From a virus, in IMG/VR virus record IMGVR_UViG_3300046781_000054, positions 28,059 to 92,058 of that record: a DNA stretch of 64,000 nucleotides, one strand, 5' to 3'. A program made the position numbers and the translations under genes. Shown in pieces: positions 45,799 through 54,209 of the stretch (position 1 is its first letter; every line of letters begins with the position of its first letter). The notes beneath the pieces were generated by a model that was not told the origin of the DNA, did no database searches, and was given only the letters and a program-made list of their open reading frames with translations.

Positions 45799-46139
45799 CG
45801 GCGGGGCCTGGCAACGAGTTGGATGACACCGAGTGTTCCGTCGCTGTCCGAGCTGTCGTCGTCCTGAGGTTCATCCGGAGCGGGCGGCTGCCCCGACTCC
45901 AGGATCGTCAACTGCCGCTCGTAGGCCTTGATGTTCTCCGTGTAGGTGACGCCGACGACGGAGGACACGTTCACGGCTGCGGGTTGGGCGCGCAGGTCAG
46001 CGAGGCGGGAGCGGATGACGGAGATGGCGACGGCCCGCGCGGTACGGAGTCGGGTGTAGCGGGTCTCAAGGTCGGCGACGTCCGTGGAGGCGCCGAGCTC
46101 GTCGAGGAGCCAGGCGCGGGTGGCGCTGTCCATGGCCAT
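45795..46139 (-). CDS. Head-to-tail adaptor
   Basis: Position and size. Confidence 0.65.
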   Translation of the reverse strand: MAMDSATRAWLLDELGASTDVADLETRYTRLRTARAVAISVIRSRLADLRAQPAAVNVSSVVGVTYTENIKAYERQLTILESGQPPAPDEPQDDDSSDSDGTLGVIQLVARPRR

Positions 46140-46231
46140 GGGGGCTGTCCTCCGTCGCAGGGGGTTGGAAGGGTGGCGGGTGCGGGCCCGCCGTGTGGCG
46201 CCCCACCACGGGGGCGGGCCCGCACGCGCTC

Positions 46232-46543
46232 TCAGTCGCCGCCGTTGCCCTCGTCGGCGGCGTCCCGGCCCCGGGCCGGCTTGCTGGCCGCGCTCTTGCG
46301 AGGTGCGGCGGTCTTCTTGGCCGCCGAGGCGGCCTTGCCATCGGTCTTCGCCTCGTCGGCGGCTTCCGTGGTGCTGCCGCTATCGGAGGTGTCGGCGAGC
46401 GTAGGCACCTCGCCGTTCTCCCAGCACGCCGGGTTGGTCACGAGCGCCGCGTATTCGGGTGCGGGCTCTTCTCCGGCGTGCAGGAGGACATCGCGGTGCT
46501 TGACCGGGTCGCGGACGAACACGGATCGCACGAGTCGGGGCAT
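46232..46543 (-). CDS. Small capsid-associated protein
   Basis: ATG 46543 directly after MCP; GEEP.PE.A..VTNP..W motif. Confidence 0.7.
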   Translation of the reverse strand: MPRLVRSVFVRDPVKHRDVLLHAGEEPAPEYAALVTNPACWENGEVPTLADTSDSGSTTEAADEAKTDGKAASAAKKTAAPRKSAASKPARGRDAADEGNGGD

Positions 46544-46548
46544 GGCGA

Positions 46549-47604
46549 TCAGTCCTCGTCCAAGACGGTGGCGCTGATGTGGAAGTTGTTCACGTACAGC
46601 ACCGGCATCGCGACGGCGTTGGCCGTGGTGGAGAACTGCACCGGGTTGGACTTCTTCTCGTAGGAGACGTAGATACCCGGCTCCTGCGCGGCCTCGAGGC
46701 CCGGGTTGTCTCCGGAGTCGAGGTTGTCCTGCTCTGCGGTGATGCCGTACTGGGTCTGCGCCCACTGGTCCGGGCTCGGGGGGATCATGGCCCACAGGCC
46801 CTCGGGGGTGACGCGCTTGAAGACGTCGTCGTCCCACACCTGCTCGTCGTAGAGCTCGACCGGGGGCAGGTTCCAGCGGGCGCGCACGGAGTTGACGTCC
46901 GGCGGGGCCAGCGTGGTGGAGGGGGTGGTCTCCGGGCTGGAGGAGTTCCAGAACGCGGTGCGGTACTCCAGGTTGGAGGCCAGCACGGACAGGGCCCGCT
47001 CGCTGGTGATGACGCGGGCGGGCTTGGGGGCGCCGATGCTCTTGAGGTAGCGGATCCACGCCATCTCGTCGGTGAGCGGCTTCGCGCCGTCCTGGTCCCA
47101 CGGGATCGCGGCGACGGGCTTGTTCTCGGCGGGCACGTTCCAGTCGACGTCGAGGCCGACGCCGGGCAGGTTGACGATGCCGGTGGTGAGGAGTTCACCG
47201 GCCGCCAGCTCCATCGCGATCTTGATGGAGGTGAAGTGGCGGTCGAGGTCGCTGTACAGCTGGTCGATGAAGTCCTGGTCGTCCGCGCCGCGCTTGGCGG
47301 TGTGGAGGATCAGGGAGAGCTCGCCCATTTCGAGGGTCTGGCCGACCGGGGGCAGCATGCCCTCGTTGACGACGCGCTCAGCCTGGCGCTTGGCCAGCGC
47401 GTGCGGCGCGTCGAAGGCCCGGAACTTCGCGGCGTTGACACGCCGCTTGTTCGACTCGATGCGGAACTTCGGGCCGTAGATCTTCCGCTCCGGGATGACG
47501 CTCTGCGTGAGCGCGTACGTGTTCGGAGTGGGCAGACCGTTGATGTAGGCGTTGATGTCTTCCGGCGTGACGTTCCGCAGGAGACGGTCGAGAGTGGAGC
47601 TCAT
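46549..47604 (-). CDS. Major capsid protein
   Basis: 351 aa, lambda gpE-like features (LPPVG; E..AGELLTTG; C-terminal AMPVL). Confidence 0.85.
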   Translation of the reverse strand: MSSTLDRLLRNVTPEDINAYINGLPTPNTYALTQSVIPERKIYGPKFRIESNKRRVNAAKFRAFDAPHALAKRQAERVVNEGMLPPVGQTLEMGELSLILHTAKRGADDQDFIDQLYSDLDRHFTSIKIAMELAAGELLTTGIVNLPGVGLDVDWNVPAENKPVAAIPWDQDGAKPLTDEMAWIRYLKSIGAPKPARVITSERALSVLASNLEYRTAFWNSSSPETTPSTTLAPPDVNSVRARWNLPPVELYDEQVWDDDVFKRVTPEGLWAMIPPSPDQWAQTQYGITAEQDNLDSGDNPGLEAAQEPGIYVSYEKKSNPVQFSTTANAVAMPVLYVNNFHISATVLDED

Positions 47605-47619
47605 GGTCGGTCTCCTGTC

Positions 47620-48366
47620 TTACCGGTAGTGGATGGTGACGCCGGGCGCGACGCTGGTGACGTCGGTCGGGTCGAAGGGGATCGGACACTTGTCGGCGTA
47701 GACCTCGCCGAACCACAGCAGCGCCCCGGACGTCTTGGTGGAGCCGGGCGCGAACATCGACTCGGTGGCGAGGAAGCCCTGAAGGACCTCGGTGCCGTCG
47801 GATGCGGTGGCGGCGCCGCCCGCAGTCGTGGTGGTGACGGTGACGGCGGGGCTGGTGCCGCCGGTCAGGCCGGACGCGGACGCGGTCATCTGCGGCTGGT
47901 CGTCGCCCATGAAGCGGCCCACGAAGGTGACCTGGACGGCGGTGCCGGGGTGCGGGCCGCCGGATACGGACACGTCACCGACGTTGATGTTCGACAGCGC
48001 CTCGAGGGCTGCCTTCACCTGCGCCGCGGTGGCGTTGTAGGGGATGCCGGCGGTGGTCTGCCCGGACCAGGTCAGCGTGTAGGTGCCGCCGGTCGGGGTG
48101 CCGGTCACGGTGACCGTCTGGACCTCGGACGTCGGCCCCGAGTAGGGGGCGAACATGCCGGTCGCGGTGACCTTGCCGAGCGGCAGGCCGGACTTGAGGA
48201 CGTTGCGGGGCTGCAGCAGGTTGCCGGCCTCGTAGTGGACGCCCGCGACGAACTTCGTCAGGTCCAGCCGGATCGTGTTGGTGTCGTTGGTTCCCACGAG
48301 GGAGGCGAGCCACGGCCGTTCGGCGGTGGCTTCCTCGCTCGTACGCATGGGCTGGAAGTCGTTCAC
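47620..48366 (-). CDS. Head decoration protein with inserted accessory domain
   Basis: LKSGLPLGKVTATG.FAPY...DGTEVL.GFL split by an EVQTVT domain. Confidence 0.8.
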   Translation of the reverse strand: MNDFQPMRTSEEATAERPWLASLVGTNDTNTIRLDLTKFVAGVHYEAGNLLQPRNVLKSGLPLGKVTATGMFAPYSGPTSEVQTVTVTGTPTGGTYTLTWSGQTTAGIPYNATAAQVKAALEALSNINVGDVSVSGGPHPGTAVQVTFVGRFMGDDQPQMTASASGLTGGTSPAVTVTTTTAGGAATASDGTEVLQGFLATESMFAPGSTKTSGALLWFGEVYADKCPIPFDPTDVTSVAPGVTIHYR

Positions 48367-48467
48367 GGCCCTCTCCTTGGGGTGATGACGGTGCTGAAAG
48401 GCGGCACCGTTTCCGGCGCGTCCACGTGGGAGAGGTCGTGGTCCCAGGTCGTGCGGATGGTGCAGGG

Positions 48468-49265
48468 TCAGGCGTCGGCGGCGATCTTTCCGCGGCGCTT
48501 GAGCATGGCGAGGCCCCGCTCGCCGGGCTTGGGCTGGTTGGCGCCCGGGCGGGGGATGCCGGTGCCGGGCATCCCGGACGGTGCTGGCGGGACGGCGCCC
48601 GGGGCGGGGCTCTGGGCGCCGCCGAACATCTCGGCGCGGCGGCCCTTGAGTTCCTCGGCCGCGGTGGTGATGTCGTCGTCGGACGCGTCGTCAGTGACCC
48701 GGATCAGGGCGGCGGCGTCATCGAGGTCGGCGCCGGTCGCGCCGAGGGACACCAGGACGGCCCGGACTTTGGTGTCGCGTTCGCGCTGGGCGGCGGCGGC
48801 CTCGCGCTGCTCGGCCTGGGTGACGCGGGCGGCCAGGTCGTTCTCCTGCTGGGCGAGGGCTTCGGCGCGGCGCTCGTCCTCGCTGAGCTTGGCCTTGCGG
48901 GCCTCGTCGGCCTGCTTGAACATCTTGCCGAAGGCGGACGGGTCGAACGTGTCGAGGTTGAAGTCCTGAATGCCGGCGGCTTCGGCTATCTCGCGGATCG
49001 CGGCGTGCCGTCCGGCGCGGCGTTCCTTGGCCATGTTCTGGCCGAACCGCTCCTGGGTGATGATGACGCCGTTCTCGTCGCGGAGGGGTTCGACGGCGGG
49101 CGGGTTCTTCTGCGCCTGCGCGGCCACATCCGCCGGGGACGGCTGGGCAGGCGGCTGCGGGTCGCCGCCGTCGTTGTAGAACACCGGGGAGAAGACACCG
49201 GTGGGGTACGGGTGGGCCCAGCCGGCGTGGCCGGCACGGGCGGAGTGCTGCGCGGGGCGACGCAT
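48468..49265 (-). CDS. Capsid scaffolding protein
   Basis: GGAGG RBS, ATG 49265; charged coiled coil between portal and capsid. Confidence 0.8.
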   Translation of the reverse strand: MRRPAQHSARAGHAGWAHPYPTGVFSPVFYNDGGDPQPPAQPSPADVAAQAQKNPPAVEPLRDENGVIITQERFGQNMAKERRAGRHAAIREIAEAAGIQDFNLDTFDPSAFGKMFKQADEARKAKLSEDERRAEALAQQENDLAARVTQAEQREAAAAQRERDTKVRAVLVSLGATGADLDDAAALIRVTDDASDDDITTAAEELKGRRAEMFGGAQSPAPGAVPPAPSGMPGTGIPRPGANQPKPGERGLAMLKRRGKIAADA

Positions 49266-49302
49266 CTGTCCAAGTCCTCCCAGACTCGTAGTGCAACTTC
49301 CA

Positions 49303-49359
49303 GGCCCCGCGCCTAGATCCAAGTTCAGCACAGATCTCACGATGTGTTCCCCCCGCTCC
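49303..49359 (-). promoter_or_regulatory. Late promoter plus conserved leader AGGCGCGGGGCC (scaffold/capsid)
   Basis: GGAGCGGGGGGAACA-N17-TGAACT-N7-AGGCGCGGGGCC. Confidence 0.75.
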
Positions 49360-51214
49360 CCTGCGCCGGGTCTTCCTCCGTCGCGGGGGAGGCGGTCGGG
49401 TCGGTTGCGGGCAGGTTCGGGGTGGGCGGTGTCGGGTCGGGGTTGACGTCAATGCCGAGGAAGTCGCCGACCGCACCGGTATCACCGGTGGCGTCGGCGA
49501 GGGCGCGGGCCTGCTCGAACTGGCGGGACTGGATCCGTTCGATCTCTTCGCCGATGTCGTCGACGGGGAACCCGACGGTGGTGAGCATGCGGATGGCGGT
49601 CTCCAGCGACATGACGCCGTCCTTGACGGCGGCGCGCACCATGTCCAGGGTGGCGGCCTTGTCGGTGGGCTTGTAGGTGCCCCACACGAGGTCGACGTCG
49701 ACGACCGGCCCGGTCCAGTCGGGGTGCTGGCCGGCCTGGTAGAGGCGCTGCACCATCTTGAACAGCAGCTGGTACTTGTGGTCGCGGGCCAGGTGCAGGG
49801 AGTCGAGCAGCGGGTCCATCGGCCCGTAGGACAGTTCGATGGAGAACCCGGACGGCGCCTTGGTCGGGTCGAGGGTGCCGAGCGCGACGGCGGGCATCCG
49901 CCCGTTCACGGAGAGCCGGTCGAGGAGTTCGGCGGTCTTGTTGCGGAGCTCGGCGAGCATCGGGGACGTGTCGAGGGGGATGAGGTTGCCGCCCTGGCCG
50001 AGTTCGAGCATCAGTCCCGGTTCGATGTGCATGCGCCGCTCGCCGCGCCGTGTTTTGTTCTCCGGGTTGATGACGCCGATCATCGGTGATCCGGTCGTCG
50101 CGGAGGCGAGGCTGGAGTCGGTGTCCGTTCCGGCGATCTCGTCGAACAGTTGCATCAGCAGCGACAGTGACGACTCGCCCCAGTGCCCGTCCTCCGGGAC
50201 CGTGTTGGGGACGTGGACGACGGGGAGGAAGTCCAGCTGCAGGTCCAGGTGGTCGAGGACTTCGCCGTCGGGCCGGGTGATGAACCGCGCGTACCGGTAG
50301 TCGAGGTTGTAGACGTCCTGATCGGCTTTGATGTCGTCCAGGTCCCACTCGGCGTCGGTGAGGTAGCAGGTGAGGGTGGACGGGGTGTCGTTCCACGGGT
50401 ACTGGCGGCTGATCTGCCAGGTCTCCGGGGTGTAGACGTCACCGCCGGTCAGGAGGGGGGTCTGGCCGTCGTCGGCGAGGGCGGGCACCCGGGCGGGCCG
50501 GTCGCCTGCTTCGGACAGGGTTCGGGTGCCGATGGGGGCGAGCTGGTAGGTGATGCGGCGCAGCTTGCCCTTGGTGCCGGTCTTCGGGTCGGGGTCGATC
50601 TCCCACGCGAAGTGCACGGTGGTCGGGTAGTCCGCGGAGTCGCCTGCAGCGTCGGGCAGGTCGGGGAAGTAGAAGCCGGGGTCGACGACGGACAGGCGGG
50701 GCCGCTGCTTGTCGGCGTCCCAGGCCAGCGTGTACACGCCGTCGCCCTCGCGGACGGTCTTACGTTCGTTTTGCTGCAGGCGCAGCGTGAACAGTTCCTT
50801 GCGGGCCCAGTCCCGTAGCCGTTCCTGGACCGCGGCGGCGTGCACGGCGTCGGCATCCGGGGTGGAGCCGTCGGCGGGTTCGGCGTCCTCGGCTCCCTTG
50901 GCGGTGATGGTCTGCTCGCGGCCGAGCAGGTGGGAGGTGAGGGCGGCGATCCACATGGCGGGGTCGCCGAACTCGCGGCGTTCGTCTGCGGTGGTGCCGT
51001 CCTGCAGAGAGGCGATCTCCCAGGCCTGGTTGTGGGCGTAGGCGGCGCACAGCGTGTAGGAGGCCAGCCTGCGGCGGTCGTGTTCGGGGACCCAGGTGCG
51101 CATGGCGGCGGGGAACGCTTCGCGGTTGGGCTTCTTGTACGCCGGATCGGCGAAGACCCGCTTGTAGTTCAGCGGACTCCACCGGTCGACGATGAGGCGA
51201 GGAAGACCCACCAC
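49337..51214 (-). CDS. Portal protein
   Basis: After terL; GDGVY, LPVVHVPN..HWGES, APSGFSI motifs. Confidence 0.88.
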   Translation of the reverse strand: MVGLPRLIVDRWSPLNYKRVFADPAYKKPNREAFPAAMRTWVPEHDRRRLASYTLCAAYAHNQAWEIASLQDGTTADERREFGDPAMWIAALTSHLLGREQTITAKGAEDAEPADGSTPDADAVHAAAVQERLRDWARKELFTLRLQQNERKTVREGDGVYTLAWDADKQRPRLSVVDPGFYFPDLPDAAGDSADYPTTVHFAWEIDPDPKTGTKGKLRRITYQLAPIGTRTLSEAGDRPARVPALADDGQTPLLTGGDVYTPETWQISRQYPWNDTPSTLTCYLTDAEWDLDDIKADQDVYNLDYRYARFITRPDGEVLDHLDLQLDFLPVVHVPNTVPEDGHWGESSLSLLMQLFDEIAGTDTDSSLASATTGSPMIGVINPENKTRRGERRMHIEPGLMLELGQGGNLIPLDTSPMLAELRNKTAELLDRLSVNGRMPAVALGTLDPTKAPSGFSIELSYGPMDPLLDSLHLARDHKYQLLFKMVQRLYQAGQHPDWTGPVVDVDLVWGTYKPTDKAATLDMVRAAVKDGVMSLETAIRMLTTVGFPVDDIGEEIERIQSRQFEQARALADATGDTGAVGDFLGIDVNPDPTPPTPNLPATDPTASPATEEDPAQGSGGNTS

Positions 51215-51237
51215 TGTTCCCTTCTGGAACTCTGTTC

Positions 51238-51286
51238 GGCCCCGCGCCTTTGATCAGGATAGGAGCAGCGGACCCGGGTGTTCCCC
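51238..51286 (-). promoter_or_regulatory. Late promoter plus conserved leader (portal)
   Basis: GGGGAACA-N17-TATCCT-N6-AGGCGCGGGGCC. Confidence 0.75.
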
Positions 51287-51296
51287 GGTGATGGGG

Positions 51297-52877
51297 TTAG
51301 CGGCGGCCGCGGGGGGTGCGGCGTTCGTAGGTGCCGTAGATGCCGTCGTCGCCGTCGAGTTCGGCGAGTTCGGTCAGGGCATGCACGCAGGAGTCCATGC
51401 GGTCCGGGGAGTCCAGGCCCGGCATCCAGGTGACCATCTGCCGTTCCAGGGCGTGGAAGACACCAACGTGGTGGACACGCTGCTGCTCATAGAGTTGGGC
51501 GATCGGCTCGGCCCGCAGCCGTTTTCCCTGCTTGGCGTTGACGGGGATGATCCGCGGCATCAGCCGGCCGTGGGTGACACCGCGGCGTTCGAGTTCCCGC
51601 CACGCCTGGGTGAGGACCTGGCTGGTCATGTCGCCGCCGTAGTTGGACTCCACGACGATCGCGTCGGCCTGCCATTCCAGGGCGAGGAGGCAGGCGGTGG
51701 TGCCCCATTCGTCGGCCCCCATGGCACCGGATTTGTCGTCCAAGACGTAGAACTCGTCCCGGATCTCGGGGTGCGTGTGCTCAGGCCCTGCGCTCTGGAC
51801 GCGGGCGGAGGCGGCGGCGGTGATGCCGACCTCGTCGTGGCCGCTGGTCGAGCCGCCGGCCGGGTCGACGGCGACGACGATGCGGTCCAGGTCGATGCCG
51901 CGCAGGGCCGCCGTGGATAGGCGGTTGGAGTCGATCCACGTCTGTTTCCACACGCCGCCCTCCAAGGGTCTGGGCTGCTGCTGGTAGAGGGACCACCACA
52001 CGCGTTCGCCGACGGACTTGCGGATGCGGGCGTAGTCGTCGGCGTTGTACCGGGACGGCCACAGGGCTTCGCCGGGCTGGCGGCCCAGCGGGTCGTCGGC
52101 GGTCAGTGCGATGGCGGGCAGGTCGATGACGATCCAGTCCTCCGGTTCTTCCTTCAGGAGCCGTCCGGACAGGTCGTCGTCGTCCCAGCGGGTGTTGACG
52201 AGGAGGCAGGATCCCTGCGGTTCGAGGCGGGTGAGGAGGACGGACTGCCACCAGTCCCAGACGCGTTCACGCTGGGTGGGTGATCCGGCGTCCTCGGAGC
52301 CCTTGAAGGGGTCGTCGACGACGGCGACGTGCGCGCCGCGGCCGGTGAGCGCGCCGCCGACACCGGCGGTGACCATGCCTCCTTCGTGGCCGTCGATGTC
52401 GAACCGGTTGGCGGCCTGGGAGCCGTACTTGAGGCTGATGCCGAGGGTTCCCGCGTTCTCGGTGATGGTGTTGCGGACCCAGCGGCCGTGGTCGTCGGCG
52501 AGGTGGGCGGCGTAGGAGGCGAGCATGAACCGGTGTTCGGGCTGTCGGCGCAGGTACCAGGCGGGCCCCCAGCGTGAGGTACGACGTGACTTCCCGGCGC
52601 GGGGCGGCATTGTGACCATCGCTCGGATGCGTTCCCCCGCGGCGATTCGTTGGTAGATCCGGTCGATGATGTCGAGGTGCGGGGCCTGCATCTCCCGCCC
52701 GCCGGTCAGCACGGTGGACAGGGCACCGGGGCTGCGGTCCATGGCCATGACGCGTTCGACGTGGGCCAGGCGCAGCCGCAGGTCGGGGGTGGCCCGGCGT
52801 GCGATGCGGCGGCGTTCCACGAGCGGCAGGGTCCGGTACCGGTCGAGGGCTTCCGCCTCGGGGTCAGTTGCTGTCAT
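51297..52877 (-). CDS. terL: Terminase large subunit
   Basis: MPPRAGKS Walker A, VVDDPFK, TRW, VAVDPA, ESNYGG, SPDRMD. Confidence 0.95.
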   Translation of the reverse strand: MTATDPEAEALDRYRTLPLVERRRIARRATPDLRLRLAHVERVMAMDRSPGALSTVLTGGREMQAPHLDIIDRIYQRIAAGERIRAMVTMPPRAGKSRRTSRWGPAWYLRRQPEHRFMLASYAAHLADDHGRWVRNTITENAGTLGISLKYGSQAANRFDIDGHEGGMVTAGVGGALTGRGAHVAVVDDPFKGSEDAGSPTQRERVWDWWQSVLLTRLEPQGSCLLVNTRWDDDDLSGRLLKEEPEDWIVIDLPAIALTADDPLGRQPGEALWPSRYNADDYARIRKSVGERVWWSLYQQQPRPLEGGVWKQTWIDSNRLSTAALRGIDLDRIVVAVDPAGGSTSGHDEVGITAAASARVQSAGPEHTHPEIRDEFYVLDDKSGAMGADEWGTTACLLALEWQADAIVVESNYGGDMTSQVLTQAWRELERRGVTHGRLMPRIIPVNAKQGKRLRAEPIAQLYEQQRVHHVGVFHALERQMVTWMPGLDSPDRMDSCVHALTELAELDGDDGIYGTYERRTPRGRR

Positions 52878-53400
52878 CGGGCGTGTGGTCGGTCCTGTCC
52901 GGGAGCCGGAAGTCGGTGGCGGGACCGGGCTCCCCCGCAGTGTTCATGAGGGTGGTGAGTTCGGGGAGGGTGCCGCCGAGCGGGATGATGCCGCCGTCCG
53001 GGCCGGACAGTTCGGCCTTGGTCGGCATGTCGAGGCCGTTCAGTTTCGCCCGGCGGTCCATGAGGCGCAGGACGGTGTCGACGGCCCGCATGTCGAGTTC
53101 CTCGCCGACGACGTTGCCGTCGCGGTCGAGGACGGGGCTGGGTTCGGTGGCGTGCGGCCACGCGGCCCGCAGGAGCGCGTCGAGGCGTTCGTTCTCCTGC
53201 TGCCGGTACACGGACACTTCGGCGGCTTCCTCGTCGCGGTTCAGCTCGAGGGCGCGCAGGAGGTCCTTGGAGGCGTCACCGCGGCTGGAGTAGCCGAGCT
53301 CTTCGGCGATCTTCTCGAACGTGGCGCCGGCGACGCGCATGCGGATCAGCTTGGCGCGGCGTTCGGCGGTGAGGGCTCGTTGGGCTTTGGAGGGTGGCAT
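52864..53400 (-). CDS. terS: Terminase small subunit
   Basis: N-terminal HTH (GATFEKIAEELGY), RRAKLNGLD, ELSGPDGG; overlaps terL start. Confidence 0.85.
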   Translation of the reverse strand: MPPSKAQRALTAERRAKLIRMRVAGATFEKIAEELGYSSRGDASKDLLRALELNRDEEAAEVSVYRQQENERLDALLRAAWPHATEPSPVLDRDGNVVGEELDMRAVDTVLRLMDRRAKLNGLDMPTKAELSGPDGGIIPLGGTLPELTTLMNTAGEPGPATDFRLPDRTDHTPDDSN

Positions 53401-53435
53401 GGCGGTCGGGGCTCCCGCTGTGTCGTTGTGGTCCA

Positions 53436-53485
53436 GGCCCCGCGCCTGTCACAGATGATCGCCGATTTTCGGTTGGGTGTTCCCC
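53436..53485 (-). promoter_or_regulatory. Late promoter plus conserved leader (terS)
   Basis: GGGGAACA-N17-GATCAT-N7-AGGCGCGGGGCC. Confidence 0.75.
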
Positions 53486-53515
53486 TGGTGGCGGGTGGGC
53501 TGCACCATGCGCCGT

Positions 53516-53941
53516 ATGGGACACATGGGCAGGGTTGGGGCCGCTGTGATGTTGGTGGCCGTGTTGGGGCTGGGTGCGGTCGGCTGTGGGGGCGGTGACG
53601 GCGGGGGTTCGGGTGCGAAGCCGTCGGCGACCGTCTCGAAGCGGGTGGTGCCGCGGGATGCGTTGGAGGCGTACGAGCGGGCCACCGTGTCGGGGTGTGA
53701 GGGGGCGGAGAACTGTCAGGCGTTCATGTCGCGGAAGCTTGCGGCGGCGGAGAGGGTGCGGGCGGCGATGAAGGCGAAGGACGCGGACCGGTATGCGGAG
53801 CCGATCGGGTTCGTGGATGAAGCGGACCGGCAGGCCAACCACTACGGGCGGGGGAATCTGGCGGCGAAGGGCAACATGCTGGCGGTCAGTACGCCGTTGC
53901 AGCGGATGGTGGCGTGGTTCCGGGAGCATCCGGAGGGCTGA
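53516..53941 (+). CDS. Lipoprotein
   Basis: Signal peptide with lipobox AVGC; start between 53507 and 53525. Confidence 0.75.
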   Translation: MGHMGRVGAAVMLVAVLGLGAVGCGGGDGGGSGAKPSATVSKRVVPRDALEAYERATVSGCEGAENCQAFMSRKLAAAERVRAAMKAKDADRYAEPIGFVDEADRQANHYGRGNLAAKGNMLAVSTPLQRMVAWFREHPEG

Positions 53942-53958
53942 CCCTTGGCGGGCGTGAA

Positions 53959-53998
53959 GCAGCCCCACGACCCGGGGGGGGTGGGGTCGCGGGGCTGC
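53959..53998 (+). terminator. Hairpin after the lipoprotein gene
   Basis: GCAGCCCC-ACGACCC/GGGTCG-CGGGGCTGC. Confidence 0.55.
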
Positions 53999-54209
53999 GG
54001 GCTCGGGCGCGGGCCCGGGGGTTCGGGGCTTAGCGCCGGTTTTCGTTCCGATGTTCCTCAACCCCCGGGTTGGAGCCGGGACCCGAGCGGTCTGTGGCAC
54101 GGCCAGGGGGTTGAGGGGCGCGGGGACGCTGCTCTCCCCCGAGGCCGTGCACGACCATCGTGGGGCACGATCCGCGGTTTGTCTCAGGCGGTATCCCCCT
54201 GCTCCCCGG

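Noticed and set aside
51215-51223. AAGGGAACA before the portal start as another promoter box
   Set aside because: It is the Shine-Dalgarno region and has no -10 at 17 bp
10114-53485. GGAAC boxes as host ECF-sigma (SigR/SigE-type) promoters
   Set aside because: The GTT/CGTT -10 element expected for those sigmas is absent and the hexamers are TANNNT-like; not fully excluded without experiments
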